Source: Spirochaetota bacterium (GTDB lineage Bacteria > Spirochaetota > UBA12135 > COTS27 > CBDBHE01). From it: 33,479 nucleotides of DNA. Positions 17,804 through 27,726 of the stretch are shown here, one piece after another. The notes beneath the pieces are model-generated. The model ran no database searches, was not told where the DNA came from, and saw nothing but the letters and a program-made list of their open reading frames with translations. Within the stretch, counting starts at the first letter, position 1, and each line of letters starts with the position of its first letter. Made by a program: the position numbers and the translations under genes. Location of the stretch: the NCBI GenBank assembly GCA_965205605.1, contig CBDBHE010000003.1:1-33479 (forward strand). The letters are read 5' to 3'.

Positions 17804-20425
17804 TTAAATATAAAAATCGAGCATTTTTCTTTGAATTTCTTCTAAGATTAAAAATGCTTTTTTAGGGGAAGTTTGATCAATTTTAAGTGTTTTGATGGTG
17901 TATAAGACTTCAAGTATTTCTAAGGAAATATCTTGCTGTTCTTTTTTATCAATTTCTTTTTTTAGATGAGGTTTTTTTTTTTTTTCTAAAGCAGCTAAAA
18001 TATAATTTGCTTTTTCTAAAATAGTTTTTGGCATCCCTGCCAGTCCAGCTACATGGACACCGTAAGATTTATTTGAAATTCCTAAAACTGCTTTTTTTAA
18101 AAAAATTAATCGATTTTCATCTTCTTTGATCTGCATGGTGTAGTTTTTAATTTTGTTAAAAGATTCTGCTAAAATCACTAATTCGTGGTAATGGGTTGCA
18201 AAAAGTGTTTTAGAATAACACTTTTTGTTAGTAACAATATACTCTAAAATACTCCAAGCAAGTGAAAGACCATCATACGTACTAGTCCCTCTGCCAATTT
18301 CATCCATGATAATAAAACTTTTAGGGGTTGCATGATTTAAAATGTAGGCTGTTTCACTCATTTCAACTAAAAAAGTTGATTCTCCTTTTGCTAAATTATC
18401 CGAAGCTCCAATACGAGTAAAAATACGATCGCAAATAGCAATTTCAGCTTTTTCAGCAGGAATAAAAGAGCCTATTTGAGCCATAAGAATAATCAGTGCA
18501 TTTTGTCTTAAAAAAGTAGATTTACCAGCCATGTTTGGGCCTGAAACAATATGAACCAAACTTTCTTCACCGCCAATACAAAGAGAATTAGAGATAAAAT
18601 CAAAATCATTGACTTTTTCAATAACAGGGTGTCTTCCATTAATGATTTCAATTTTTGTTCCTTCCGTTATTTTAGGTTTGACGTAATGATGAATCATTGC
18701 TAAATAAGCAAAAGAAGCAATCACATCAATGTATGAACAACAATTTGAAATCTCCTGAAAAAAACTAACATTATTTTTTAAATTAGACATTAGTTCTAAA
18801 TAAATAGAATGTTCTAGTTCAAAAGATTGCCTTTCGGCTTGTAGAATTTTATCTTGATAAGAGATGAGCTCTTTTGTTGTAAAGCGATCGGCACTAACAA
18901 GCGTTTGTTTTTTGATAAAATAAGAAGGGACTTTATTGATATGAGTTTTGGTGATTTCAAAAAAATAACCAAAGTTATCATTATATTTTATTTTTAAAGA
19001 AGGAATTTTTGTTTTTTCTCTTTCTTTTTGTTGAAGTTCTATTAAAAATTGATGGCCTTTTGATAATAAATTTTTATAATGATCTAATGTTTCATTGAAA
19101 TGAGGTTTGATGAGATTTCCTTTTTTTAGAGTGTTATCAGGTTGTTCTATTAGAGTTTTTTCAATGGTGCTAATGGTTTGAAAAAGAATTTCGGTTTGTT
19201 TTGGGATAATGAAAGGGGCCTTATTTTCTTTTAAATAATCAAAAATGTTAGAGGCTACTTTTAAACTGTTTTTTAAAGCAATGATTTCTCTTGGTAAGAT
19301 TCTTTTTAATGATAATCTTGAAGACAATCTTTCAATATCATAAATATTTTTTAATCGTTCTCTTATTTTCATTAAAAGTTCTTTTGAATTAAAAAAGAAA
19401 TTAATGTTTTCTTGACGTTTTTTAATTTTTTCTAAAGAAAGTAAAGGATTTAAAATAATTTTTTTTTTGAGCCTTGAGCCTGCTGAAGAAATGGTTTTAT
19501 CTAAAATCCAAAGAAGGGAATTGCGTTTTGTTTCATCTCGATTGTTTTTAATCACTTCCAAGTTTTTTTGAGTCGCACTATCTAAAAGCATGTTTTCATT
19601 TTTTTTGATAAAATGGGGTATTTTAAGGTGTTCAAGAGATGATTTTTGAGTTTCGTTAATATAGTAAATGAAAGGACAAAAAACAGAGGGTAAATAAGGA
19701 TGATCATCAAGACCAATTCCTTTTAAAGTAATGGTTTTGAATATTTGCTTGATTTTATTTTGAGCATATTCTTTTTCAAAAAGATATTCGGGAAGGGGGT
19801 TAATAATAAAAGAAGGGTCTTCGTAAAAAAAATTTTTTTTAAAAGAATTTAGATCGATTTGATTGGAAACTAAAAGTTCTTTTGGAGAATAACGATTCAT
19901 CAAGCTTTCAATATCAGCTTTTAGATTTTTAGATTGAAAATAATGAATTTCACTTTCTCCTGTAGAAAAATCAAGGACAGAAAAAATAAGTTCTCCTAAA
20001 GTGGAATTTGAAGAAAAATCGTATTTTGGGAGAAACATACAAGCGAGATAATTGTTTTCATTTTCAATTAAATTAAAATCATCAGTAACAGTGCCTGGAG
20101 TCATAATTTGAGTGATGTCTCTTTTGACGATTCCTTTTACTTCTTTAGGGTTTTCCATTTGTTCAACAATGACAATTTTTTTTCCTTCTTTTAGCATTTT
20201 AGGACTATAATTATCTAGTTGATGCTGAGGAATGCCACACATTGGAATGGTATGCCTTTGAGTTAAAGTAATGTGAAGAATTTTGGCTGCTTGAATAGCG
20301 TCTTCATCAAATAGTTCATAAAACTCACCAACACGAAAGAAAATAAATTTATCAGGATGTTTTTCTTTAAACTTAAAATATTGTTTCATCATAGGGGTAT
20401 CTTTTTTCATTGTTTTATCTTTCAA
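17804..20425 (-). CDS. mutS: DNA mismatch repair protein MutS
   Basis: TPMMKQY, FFRVGEFYELF, GRHPVIE, SGPNMAGKSTFLRQ, FTRIGASDNL, STFLVEM, DEIGRGTST, FATHYHEL, SYGVHVA. Confidence 0.97.
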   Translation of the reverse strand: MKDKTMKKDTPMMKQYFKFKEKHPDKFIFFRVGEFYELFDEDAIQAAKILHITLTQRHTIPMCGIPQHQLDNYSPKMLKEGKKIVIVEQMENPKEVKGIVKRDITQIMTPGTVTDDFNLIENENNYLACMFLPKYDFSSNSTLGELIFSVLDFSTGESEIHYFQSKNLKADIESLMNRYSPKELLVSNQIDLNSFKKNFFYEDPSFIINPLPEYLFEKEYAQNKIKQIFKTITLKGIGLDDHPYLPSVFCPFIYYINETQKSSLEHLKIPHFIKKNENMLLDSATQKNLEVIKNNRDETKRNSLLWILDKTISSAGSRLKKKIILNPLLSLEKIKKRQENINFFFNSKELLMKIRERLKNIYDIERLSSRLSLKRILPREIIALKNSLKVASNIFDYLKENKAPFIIPKQTEILFQTISTIEKTLIEQPDNTLKKGNLIKPHFNETLDHYKNLLSKGHQFLIELQQKEREKTKIPSLKIKYNDNFGYFFEITKTHINKVPSYFIKKQTLVSADRFTTKELISYQDKILQAERQSFELEHSIYLELMSNLKNNVSFFQEISNCCSYIDVIASFAYLAMIHHYVKPKITEGTKIEIINGRHPVIEKVNDFDFISNSLCIGGEESLVHIVSGPNMAGKSTFLRQNALIILMAQIGSFIPAEKAEIAICDRIFTRIGASDNLAKGESTFLVEMSETAYILNHATPKSFIIMDEIGRGTSTYDGLSLAWSILEYIVTNKKCYSKTLFATHYHELVILAESFNKIKNYTMQIKEDENRLIFLKKAVLGISNKSYGVHVAGLAGMPKTILEKANYILAALEKKKKPHLKKEIDKKEQQDISLEILEVLYTIKTLKIDQTSPKKAFLILEEIQRKMLDFYI

Positions 20426-20427
20426 GC

Positions 20428-21369
20428 TTAATTTTTAAACGCACTTGCGTAAATCCGAATAGGAGAAGGGTAGCCTTCAATTGTTTTTTTTGAATTATTA
20501 GGATCTAAATTTTCTATTAAACTATCAAAAGGAGCATGTTTTTTTTTTGATTGTTCTCGCTGATTTAATGGATATTTTCCAAAAATATTAATCTTTGAAA
20601 ACCCTGAACGATGTAACCAATTTTTAAGACAAGATGCTGTTGGCAAAAACCACATGCCACTGACATTGGTGTATTTTTTCTTAGGAAATAAAGCCACACT
20701 TTCCTCTCCAGCAATTCCTTGGCATTCAACAATGACTTTTCCTTCCGTTTTTAAGGAAGTATGAATATTTCTTAAAATTCTAATCGGATCCGTGTGATGA
20801 TAGAGTATCCCCATAGAAAGGACTAAATCAAAAGTTTTTTTAAAAGCAATTAGATGTTCATAACCTAAAAGTTCAAAAAGTAGATTTTTTTGTTTTAGAT
20901 AATGCTGAATTAAAAGATATTGCAATTTATATTTTTGACAAGGGTCAAGCCCTAAAATAAGTTTTGGGTTTTTAGGAATTAATTGGAACATAAAATATCC
21001 ATTATTACACCCTAAATCACAAACAATTTTATCTTTTAAAGGTGGGATTTCTTTTGAGATTCTTTTCCATTTAAGGTGACTATTCCATTCTGATAAAACG
21101 GTTTCTCCAAAAAAAGAAAAAGGTCCTTTTCTCCAGGGAATCAGTTCATTAATTAAAAATTTAATTTTTTTAAATTCTTTGATTGGCAAAGCTTCGTTAG
21201 AAGCAATTTTAATAAATTCTTTTTCAAATTGAAGATTTATTTTTTTATTTATTTTTAATTGCTTAATTAAATCAATAAGCTTTTTTGATTCTTTTTTAAA
21301 GGCTTTATTTTTTTCTTTGATCGTTTTTTTACATTCTTTAGAAACTAATTTATTCAATAAAAACGACAC
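20428..21369 (-). CDS. cmoB: tRNA U34 carboxymethyltransferase CmoB
   Basis: PWRKGPF, EWNSHLKW, DLGCNNGY, SMGILYH, WFLPT, TIEGYPSPIR; adjacent to cmoA. Confidence 0.92.
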   Translation of the reverse strand: MSFLLNKLVSKECKKTIKEKNKAFKKESKKLIDLIKQLKINKKINLQFEKEFIKIASNEALPIKEFKKIKFLINELIPWRKGPFSFFGETVLSEWNSHLKWKRISKEIPPLKDKIVCDLGCNNGYFMFQLIPKNPKLILGLDPCQKYKLQYLLIQHYLKQKNLLFELLGYEHLIAFKKTFDLVLSMGILYHHTDPIRILRNIHTSLKTEGKVIVECQGIAGEESVALFPKKKYTNVSGMWFLPTASCLKNWLHRSGFSKINIFGKYPLNQREQSKKKHAPFDSLIENLDPNNSKKTIEGYPSPIRIYASAFKN

Positions 21370-21391
21370 TTATAATCAATATAAAAAAAAA

Positions 21392-22111
21392 TTATTTTTT
21401 GAAAGCGATGATGGAAACAAAATTATACCATTTAAATAAAATTTCAATGGAATTAAATCCAGTTTTTTTAAGAAGAGTTTCATAAATGTTAAAAGTAGAA
21501 GGAGTTAAGATTTTTTTTAAAGCTTTTTGTTTTTGTTTGATTTCAAAGTCACTATAACCATTTTTTTTTTTAAATAGATGGTAGTGTTTGATTAATACGT
21601 CATTTAGTTTTTTATTAGAGGTTGTTATTTTTTCACTTAAAATTAAAACACCATTTTTTTTAAGAGACTTATAAATTTTTTCTATAATTTTTTTTCGTAA
21701 AGTAGGTTTGATAAACTGTAACGTATAGTTTAAGATAACAGCTTGACAAGGGTTTAAACTAATTTTTTCTATTTTTTTATGTTCAAGGAAGAGATTGCCT
21801 TTAAAGGCAATCTCTAATTTTTTCTTGGCTTTTTTTAAGATAGATAAAGAAGAATCAATCCCTATTAAAGTTAGATTTTTATGATTATATTTTTTTATCA
21901 AAGAAAAAAACAGTTCTCCAGTGGAACAACCTAAATCATAAATTAAGACTTTTTTGTTAACAAAAAGACTCACTAGCAAATCGCCAATCATGTTTAAGTT
22001 TTCTTGATAACAAGGAATAGAGCGTTTTAACATATCTTCAAAGACACTGGCAATTTTTTGATCAAATTTAAAAGAATGAATTTCTTTTTTTTGAAAAAAA
22101 TGGTCCTTCAT
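21392..22111 (-). CDS. cmoA: Carboxy-S-adenosyl-L-methionine synthase CmoA
   Basis: FKFDQKIASVFEDMLKRSIPCY, YDLGCSTG, LNYTLQFI, LSEK, FKK.NGYS.FEI.QK, FKWYNF. Confidence 0.88.
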   Translation of the reverse strand: MKDHFFQKKEIHSFKFDQKIASVFEDMLKRSIPCYQENLNMIGDLLVSLFVNKKVLIYDLGCSTGELFFSLIKKYNHKNLTLIGIDSSLSILKKAKKKLEIAFKGNLFLEHKKIEKISLNPCQAVILNYTLQFIKPTLRKKIIEKIYKSLKKNGVLILSEKITTSNKKLNDVLIKHYHLFKKKNGYSDFEIKQKQKALKKILTPSTFNIYETLLKKTGFNSIEILFKWYNFVSIIAFKK

Positions 22112-23079
22112 TTTAAATAAGGATTATTTTGAGTTAGGTAATTAGTGATGTAGTCTTTGATATTGTTTTTAAAAGAGTTTGGTTCATGCCAAGAGAGAAT
22201 TTTTTTGGTTTTTTCCATATTGGCTTTTGTATAATATTGATATTGATTTCTAATTTCTTTAGGGGTATCAATATATTTGATTTTAGGTTTAAGCTTTAGA
22301 GCTTCAAAAGTATAATTGACTAAATTTAAAAAACTATTGGCCTTACCACTACCTACATTATAAAGCCCTGAAGGGATTAATTTTTTACAAAAACCATCAA
22401 TTATTTTGCAAACGTCTTTTACATAAACAAAGTCTCTTTTTTGTTCACCATTTTTTATTTTTGGATGGTGGGATTTAAACAAAGTAACATAACCTTTTTC
22501 TTTAGTTTGTTTAAAGATCTGATAAATAACAGAAGCCATTGCTTGTTTGTGATATTCATTGGGACCAAAAACATTGAAAAATTTCATTCCCACATAATAG
22601 CTTGGTTTTTTTTTTTGAGATAAAACCCAAAGATCAAATAATTGTTTTGAATACCCATATTTATTAAGGGGAACTAAAGAAGAAGAAATTTTATTTTCTT
22701 TATCATCATATCCCAATTTTCCATCTCCATAAGTTGCTCCAGAGGAAGCATAGATAAAAGGGATTTGTAAATTTGTAGCAATATTCCATAAAGATTTTGA
22801 AAAATAAAAATTGTTTTCAATAAGAAAATCCATATTTTGTTCGGTGGTGGTGGTGGTGGCTCCGAGGTGAACAATTTGTTTAATTTCTTTGTGAATAAAC
22901 TTGTTTTCTAAAAAATTTTTTGGAAAAATAATATCTTTAAATTTCAAAGACCTTAAATTAAGCCATTTTTTTTCTTTACCTAAAGTATCACAAATAATAA
23001 TTTTATCAAAGTTTTGTTGATTTAAATGCCAAACGTAAGCACTTCCTATAAACCCACTACCACCTGTGATTAGAATCAT
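22108..23079 (-). CDS. hldD: ADP-L-glycero-D-manno-heptose 6-epimerase
   Basis: ITGGSGFIGS, YASSGATYG, PLNKYGYSK, FFNVFGPNEYHK..MAS, GEQKRDFVYV, QYQYYTKA. Confidence 0.93.
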   Translation of the reverse strand: MILITGGSGFIGSAYVWHLNQQNFDKIIICDTLGKEKKWLNLRSLKFKDIIFPKNFLENKFIHKEIKQIVHLGATTTTTEQNMDFLIENNFYFSKSLWNIATNLQIPFIYASSGATYGDGKLGYDDKENKISSSLVPLNKYGYSKQLFDLWVLSQKKKPSYYVGMKFFNVFGPNEYHKQAMASVIYQIFKQTKEKGYVTLFKSHHPKIKNGEQKRDFVYVKDVCKIIDGFCKKLIPSGLYNVGSGKANSFLNLVNYTFEALKLKPKIKYIDTPKEIRNQYQYYTKANMEKTKKILSWHEPNSFKNNIKDYITNYLTQNNPYLK

Positions 23080-23133
23080 TACTTTATTTTATTAATGTTA
23101 TTTCAATTTTTAGAATGAATTAAAAATGAGTTT

Positions 23134-23750
23134 TTACTTTATAAAATAATTTTGACAAAATTCATTATAGTAATGATCAACTTGTCTTTTTAATTGGTAA
23201 AGCTTATTTTTTAGTAAAGTATGAATAAAAAGCAAAGGAAAAGCAATACTTAGACCAGCTTGAGTAGTTAAAAGAGCTTCTGAGATCCCATCTGCCATTA
23301 AAATAGGGTTAGAATTACCATAAGTAGCAATAACTTTGAAAGTAACAATCATACCATTTACAGTACCTAAAAGACCTAAAAGAGGGGCTAAATGAGCAAA
23401 CATTTTAATCGTGCTAAGACGAAAAAATTGATTAGAAAATTGATTAATAATTGTTTCTTGATAAATAGAATCAATGATTTTTTTACTTTTTGTTTTATTT
23501 TCATAAAGTTTTTTTAAAAAAATAAAATCAATGGTTTGCTTGTGTTTAAAAAAACGACTGATTGAAGTAAAATCTTCTTTGAGAAAATAGTCATTAAAAA
23601 TTGTTTTTGGGATTTTTTTTTTTTTGCTTCTTTAATAAAGAAAAAAAAAAGTTCTATAATTAAAACCCAGCTAAAAAATCCTACTATAAAAAGAGGGAGA
23701 AGAATAAATCCACTTTTATAAAAAATGTCGATAATAGCTTCTTGGATCAT
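23134..23750 (-). CDS. exbB: ExbB (MotA/TolQ/ExbB family), one frameshift at the T13 tract 23613-23625
   Basis: ORF 23514-23750 (TM1) joins the frame IPKTIFNDYFLKEDF...LSTIKMFAHLAPLLGLLGTVNGMI...GISEALLTTQAGL of ORF 23134-23403. Confidence 0.85.
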
Positions 23751-23753
23751 TTT

Positions 23754-25208
23754 TTATTTAGGGTAAAATTTATTGAGTATTTGAAGACTTAATTCTTCAA
23801 TTTTATTAACAGTGGATGTTTTAAAACGAGTTAAGTAGTGGTGGAAGAGCATAATAGGAATGGCAATAGCGAGCCCTGTTTGAGTAGTAATAAGAGCGAT
23901 TGAGATGCCTCCTGCTAATATTTTTGGGTTGCTTGTCCCATAAATGGTGATCACATCAAATAAAGTAATCATTCCTGACACAGTGCCTAGAAGACCAAGA
24001 AGAGGGGCAATAGCTGACAAAACAGCCAATGTAGGAAGATATTTTTGTAATTTAGGGATTTCTTTACTAAAGCTTTCACCTAAAAGATTTTCTGTATTTT
24101 CTCGAGAAGTTTTGGGTTCTAAAAGAGGGATAATAATATTTGCAGCACAACTTTGATTCTCTAAACAAAGCTTTTTAGCTTGATTAAATAAACGATCTTT
24201 TATAAGATTAAAAATTTTGCTTAAAATGATTTTATTTTTTTTATTGTCATTTATGTAAAAAATCATTCTTTCAATGATAATGCCAATAGCAACAATAGCA
24301 ATTAGAAACAACGGGTACATAATCAGCCCACCCGCATTAAAAAAAGAAGTCATCTTATTGATTAAACCAGAAGAATCACTTTTTGTAAGAGACCTTAATT
24401 TTTTACCTGCTTGGGTAATATCGATAGGAATTAAAATTTTTTTATCATTACCTGCTTGATTAAAAGATTGATTAATCGCAGTAGAGAGGTTTCTTTTCAG
24501 ATCGGTGGGTAATTCGACTTCCCATTTATAATAGATTCCTTTTAAATCGGTATTTTTAACAAGAAGCCCTGCTTCTTTATTTCCTGTATAACTTTGATGA
24601 ATAAAACCTAGCCTTAAGTAACGACTGTCAAGAAGGGATTCAAGTTTTTTGTTTTTTTTAGGATTGATTACTTTAGAACCGATTGTAAGGATTTCGCTTT
24701 CTTTTAAGAGATCTTGCTTATAGTTGAAGAGATCAAAAATGACTTTATTATTTTTTTTTTCTAAATTATTTTCAATTTTGCTTATTTTTAAAATACTAGG
24801 TTCTAATAAGTAAGGAAAAAGAGATTTGATTTTTTTTTTTTCTTTTTTTAAAGTTTCTTTTAGGAGATTTAAAAAAGAATTTTGATTATTGGCGACTTCT
24901 TCTTTTTTTTCTTTTAATTCTTCCAGATTTTGTTTAACTAAATAGAATTCTTCAGTTAAATTATTTTTTTTATCATAGCTCATTTTTAAGTGTTCATTGA
25001 GAAGTTGAAGTTCTTCATTAATCATTTTTTTTTCTTTAACAATTTCTTCTTTTTTTTCCCAATACTGACCTTGTAAAATTTCAAATTGATTTGAAATTTG
25101 ACTGTATTGTTCTTTTAGGGACATTTTTTTTTTATTTTGAGCAAATAAAGAAAGTGCTAAAAAAGTTAAGCTAAAAATTAATTTGTAAAATAAAATGGGT
25201 TGATTCAT
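23754..25208 (-). CDS. TtpC-like protein: signal peptide, long periplasmic coiled-coil region, C-terminal MotA/TolQ/ExbB domain
   Basis: N-terminal signal (LALSLFAQ), coiled coil, YLRLG, IPIDITQ, AGGLIMYPL, IAPLLGLLGTVSGMI, GISIALITTQTGL. Confidence 0.85.
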   Translation of the reverse strand: MNQPILFYKLIFSLTFLALSLFAQNKKKMSLKEQYSQISNQFEILQGQYWEKKEEIVKEKKMINEELQLLNEHLKMSYDKKNNLTEEFYLVKQNLEELKEKKEEVANNQNSFLNLLKETLKKEKKKIKSLFPYLLEPSILKISKIENNLEKKNNKVIFDLFNYKQDLLKESEILTIGSKVINPKKNKKLESLLDSRYLRLGFIHQSYTGNKEAGLLVKNTDLKGIYYKWEVELPTDLKRNLSTAINQSFNQAGNDKKILIPIDITQAGKKLRSLTKSDSSGLINKMTSFFNAGGLIMYPLFLIAIVAIGIIIERMIFYINDNKKNKIILSKIFNLIKDRLFNQAKKLCLENQSCAANIIIPLLEPKTSRENTENLLGESFSKEIPKLQKYLPTLAVLSAIAPLLGLLGTVSGMITLFDVITIYGTSNPKILAGGISIALITTQTGLAIAIPIMLFHHYLTRFKTSTVNKIEELSLQILNKFYPK

Positions 25209-25215
25209 TTTTGGT

Positions 25216-26034
25216 TTATCTTTTTTTATTTGAAGGCTTATTAATTTGATTTGCGTTAATAGGCAATCTCACAATACCAGGGGGGGTTTTCCCTTGAATC
25301 ATCAAGATAGATTGACGAATATTTCTTTTTTCAAGACCGGTTAAAGGATTTTGAGCATCAATAAAATATCCTTTTTCATTTTTTTGATATAAATAAATGG
25401 CATTTCCTGTATCGACAGCAAGATAAACTCTTCCGATTCTAAAAAGGGTTGAACTAATTCTTTTTTTGTTAATGGTTTCAATATTTTGGGTGACCTGGCT
25501 ATCATAGGCTAGGATTTCTTCTGTTTCAAAAAATTTGAGAATACGATTAAAAGCTTCAGGAATAGTAGCTTTTTCTGTTTCTAAGTCATAATAAATAGAA
25601 TCAAGAAAAGCCAGTCTCCTTTCGATTTCAAAAGGAAATCCTTCTGAAATCATTTGCTTGAGTTCTTTAAGATATTGCATTAATTCTTTTTTATAAATTT
25701 GTTGTTGATCTTCATTTCTTTTAATAAAAATTTGAACGCTTTGTGTTTCATTTTTATTTTTTTGAATATTATTTTGTAGTCGGTTTATTTCTCGAGTAAT
25801 AGTGATTTTTTCTTTTTTTTTTTGTTTAATAAGGATTTTTTTTTCATTGAGAAATCGTTTATAAAATTGTTCTTCTTCTTTTTGTTTTTTTTTTAAACTG
25901 GCAATTTCTCTCTTGTATTTCTCAATTGATAAGATGAGAAATTCTTTAGTGGTTTGTGCTTTTAGAGGATCAGTTTTTAAAAAAAATAAGCTAAAAGCAA
26001 GCATTGGTATAAGCAGTAATTTTTTTTGATTCAT
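25216..26034 (-). CDS. DUF3450/TtpB-like periplasmic protein
   Basis: Signal peptide, coiled coil, GFPFEIERR, LFRIGRV, C-terminal IQGKTPPGIVRLP; position next to the TtpC-like gene. Confidence 0.75.
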   Translation of the reverse strand: MNQKKLLLIPMLAFSLFFLKTDPLKAQTTKEFLILSIEKYKREIASLKKKQKEEEQFYKRFLNEKKILIKQKKKEKITITREINRLQNNIQKNKNETQSVQIFIKRNEDQQQIYKKELMQYLKELKQMISEGFPFEIERRLAFLDSIYYDLETEKATIPEAFNRILKFFETEEILAYDSQVTQNIETINKKRISSTLFRIGRVYLAVDTGNAIYLYQKNEKGYFIDAQNPLTGLEKRNIRQSILMIQGKTPPGIVRLPINANQINKPSNKKR

Positions 26035-26051
26035 TTTTTTATAAAGAGATT

Positions 26052-27077
26052 TTATAAAATTCTTTTTGCGGTATAGTATAATTCATCTTTTATTTTTTTG
26101 CTATTGTAAAAAGAAATTATTTTCTTAATTAATTCTGTATCTTCTTTATTATATGCCCTCGATAAAAAATGCTTTAAAGCTAGGTAAGTCCTAGTTTTAT
26201 TTTTTGGATAAAAATCAATAAAAAAATCAATGGCTTCAATATCCCTTTCACTTTCTGACCAAATATAAGTTAAATATTCAATGCTCTCTTTTTTTTTGGG
26301 GTATTTTAAAGCACATTCTTGTAAAGTATTTAAAGCTAAATTGGTATAATTGCCTTCATAAAAAGTATTGGCCATTTGATATTGAAATCGATATTGATCT
26401 TCTTCGCTTAACTTAATGACTCCTGAAATTATATAACTATAAATAGAAGCAGCCTCACTATATTGATTTAAATTTTTTAAAAGATCAGCTTGTATTTCCA
26501 AAAGAAGAATTGATTTAGGAATTTCAGCAAGCCCTTGTTCGATGAAACTAAGAGCTTGCTCATAATCGGATAAATCATAATACATAAAAGCCATTGCTTG
26601 ATAAATATCTTCATTTTCATTTTCAATATCACAGGCTTTTTGATAAAGCTTTTCTGCTTGAGTATAAAGTTCGATTTTTTTATAGGTATCTGCGGTAAGC
26701 ATTAATGTTTCTACATTTTCTGGATCTTTTTTTGAATAATTCAAAAACGTTTCAAGAGCTTTTTTATATTCTTCATTAAGGTAGTATATTTTTCCTAAAT
26801 TTAAATAAGCATCTTTGAAATTAGGGGCTAAAATAACTACTTTTTGATAATTTTGTATTGCATTGGCTGATTTCCCCATGCGGTAATAAAGGTTGCCCAT
26901 ATTAAAATAGATAATTGCTTTGTTATCATTTCCTTCTAAAGCTTTTTTATAAATAATAAGAGCTTTTTTATATTCTCCTTTTAAGCTTGCAGATCTTGCA
27001 ATATCTAGTAAAGAATTAGCATAAAGCTTACTAATAAAAAAACTAATAATAAGTAAATAAATATAAATAAATTTCAT
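26052..27077 (-). CDS. Exported TPR-repeat protein (TtpD-like)
   Basis: Signal peptide; multiple TPR helices (YFNMGNLYY, AYLNLGKIYY, ALSFIEQGL); follows tonB. Confidence 0.8.
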   Translation of the reverse strand: MKFIYIYLLIISFFISKLYANSLLDIARSASLKGEYKKALIIYKKALEGNDNKAIIYFNMGNLYYRMGKSANAIQNYQKVVILAPNFKDAYLNLGKIYYLNEEYKKALETFLNYSKKDPENVETLMLTADTYKKIELYTQAEKLYQKACDIENENEDIYQAMAFMYYDLSDYEQALSFIEQGLAEIPKSILLLEIQADLLKNLNQYSEAASIYSYIISGVIKLSEEDQYRFQYQMANTFYEGNYTNLALNTLQECALKYPKKKESIEYLTYIWSESERDIEAIDFFIDFYPKNKTRTYLALKHFLSRAYNKEDTELIKKIISFYNSKKIKDELYYTAKRIL

Positions 27078-27081
27078 TTTT

Positions 27082-27696
27082 TTAATTAAAAATTAATGGA
27101 AGAATACGATAACATCTAACAGGGATGTTTTTAATCATAGCTGGTTTAAATTTCCATCCCCAAACAGCATTGATAGCTGATTCTTTAAAACCAAAACCAG
27201 GGGGTTCTTCTAAAAGAATATCAATATTTTGCACTTCTCCTAAAGTTCCAATCGTAATTTTTAAATTGACCTTCCCAGTCACTCCAGAGGCTTTAGCCGT
27301 TTGAGGGTAAGAAGGTCTAATTCGTCTAATGGCTATGGGATTTTGATCCACTTGGCCTTCTGAGTAAATAAGATCTTTTACATTTTTACCTTCAAAAGAA
27401 ACGCCACTACCACCGGAGCTTAACTTGAGCTTAAATCGAGAAGAAGATTGTTTTTTTGATTTGACAATTTTAGGTTTAACTATTTTTTTAATAACTCTTT
27501 TCTTTTCTTTTTTTTTTTCCTTCTTAAGATTAATTTTTTCTAATTTAACAGTTGATTCTTTTGGGTCTTTTCTTTGATATAGTTTGTTTTTTTTTAAATA
27601 ATTCATTACAGGTAATGTGAAAAGAATCATCGAATTAATTGAAAGGGTTATTAAAATAATGGATATTTTTTTAGTGATTATTTTAACTAAATTCAT
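27082..27696 (-). CDS. tonB: Energy transducer TonB
   Basis: Single N-terminal TM, Lys-rich linker, C-terminal PSYPQTAK.SGV.GKV...GFGFKESAINAVWGWKFKPA. Confidence 0.88.
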   Translation of the reverse strand: MNLVKIITKKISIILITLSINSMILFTLPVMNYLKKNKLYQRKDPKESTVKLEKINLKKEKKKEKKRVIKKIVKPKIVKSKKQSSSRFKLKLSSGGSGVSFEGKNVKDLIYSEGQVDQNPIAIRRIRPSYPQTAKASGVTGKVNLKITIGTLGEVQNIDILLEEPPGFGFKESAINAVWGWKFKPAMIKNIPVRCYRILPLIFN

Positions 27697-27726
27697 GATA
27701 TTTTTTCAATATAAAAATAATTATTT

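Noticed and set aside
22844-22860. (GGT)n microsatellite in hldD
   Set aside because: Encodes an in-frame Thr run (GATTTTTE) at a normally Ser/Thr-rich position; no length anomaly.
720-23750. Calling clpA, asd and exbB pseudogenes
   Set aside because: Only single-base shifts at homopolymers, with no in-frame nonsense codons or motif decay.
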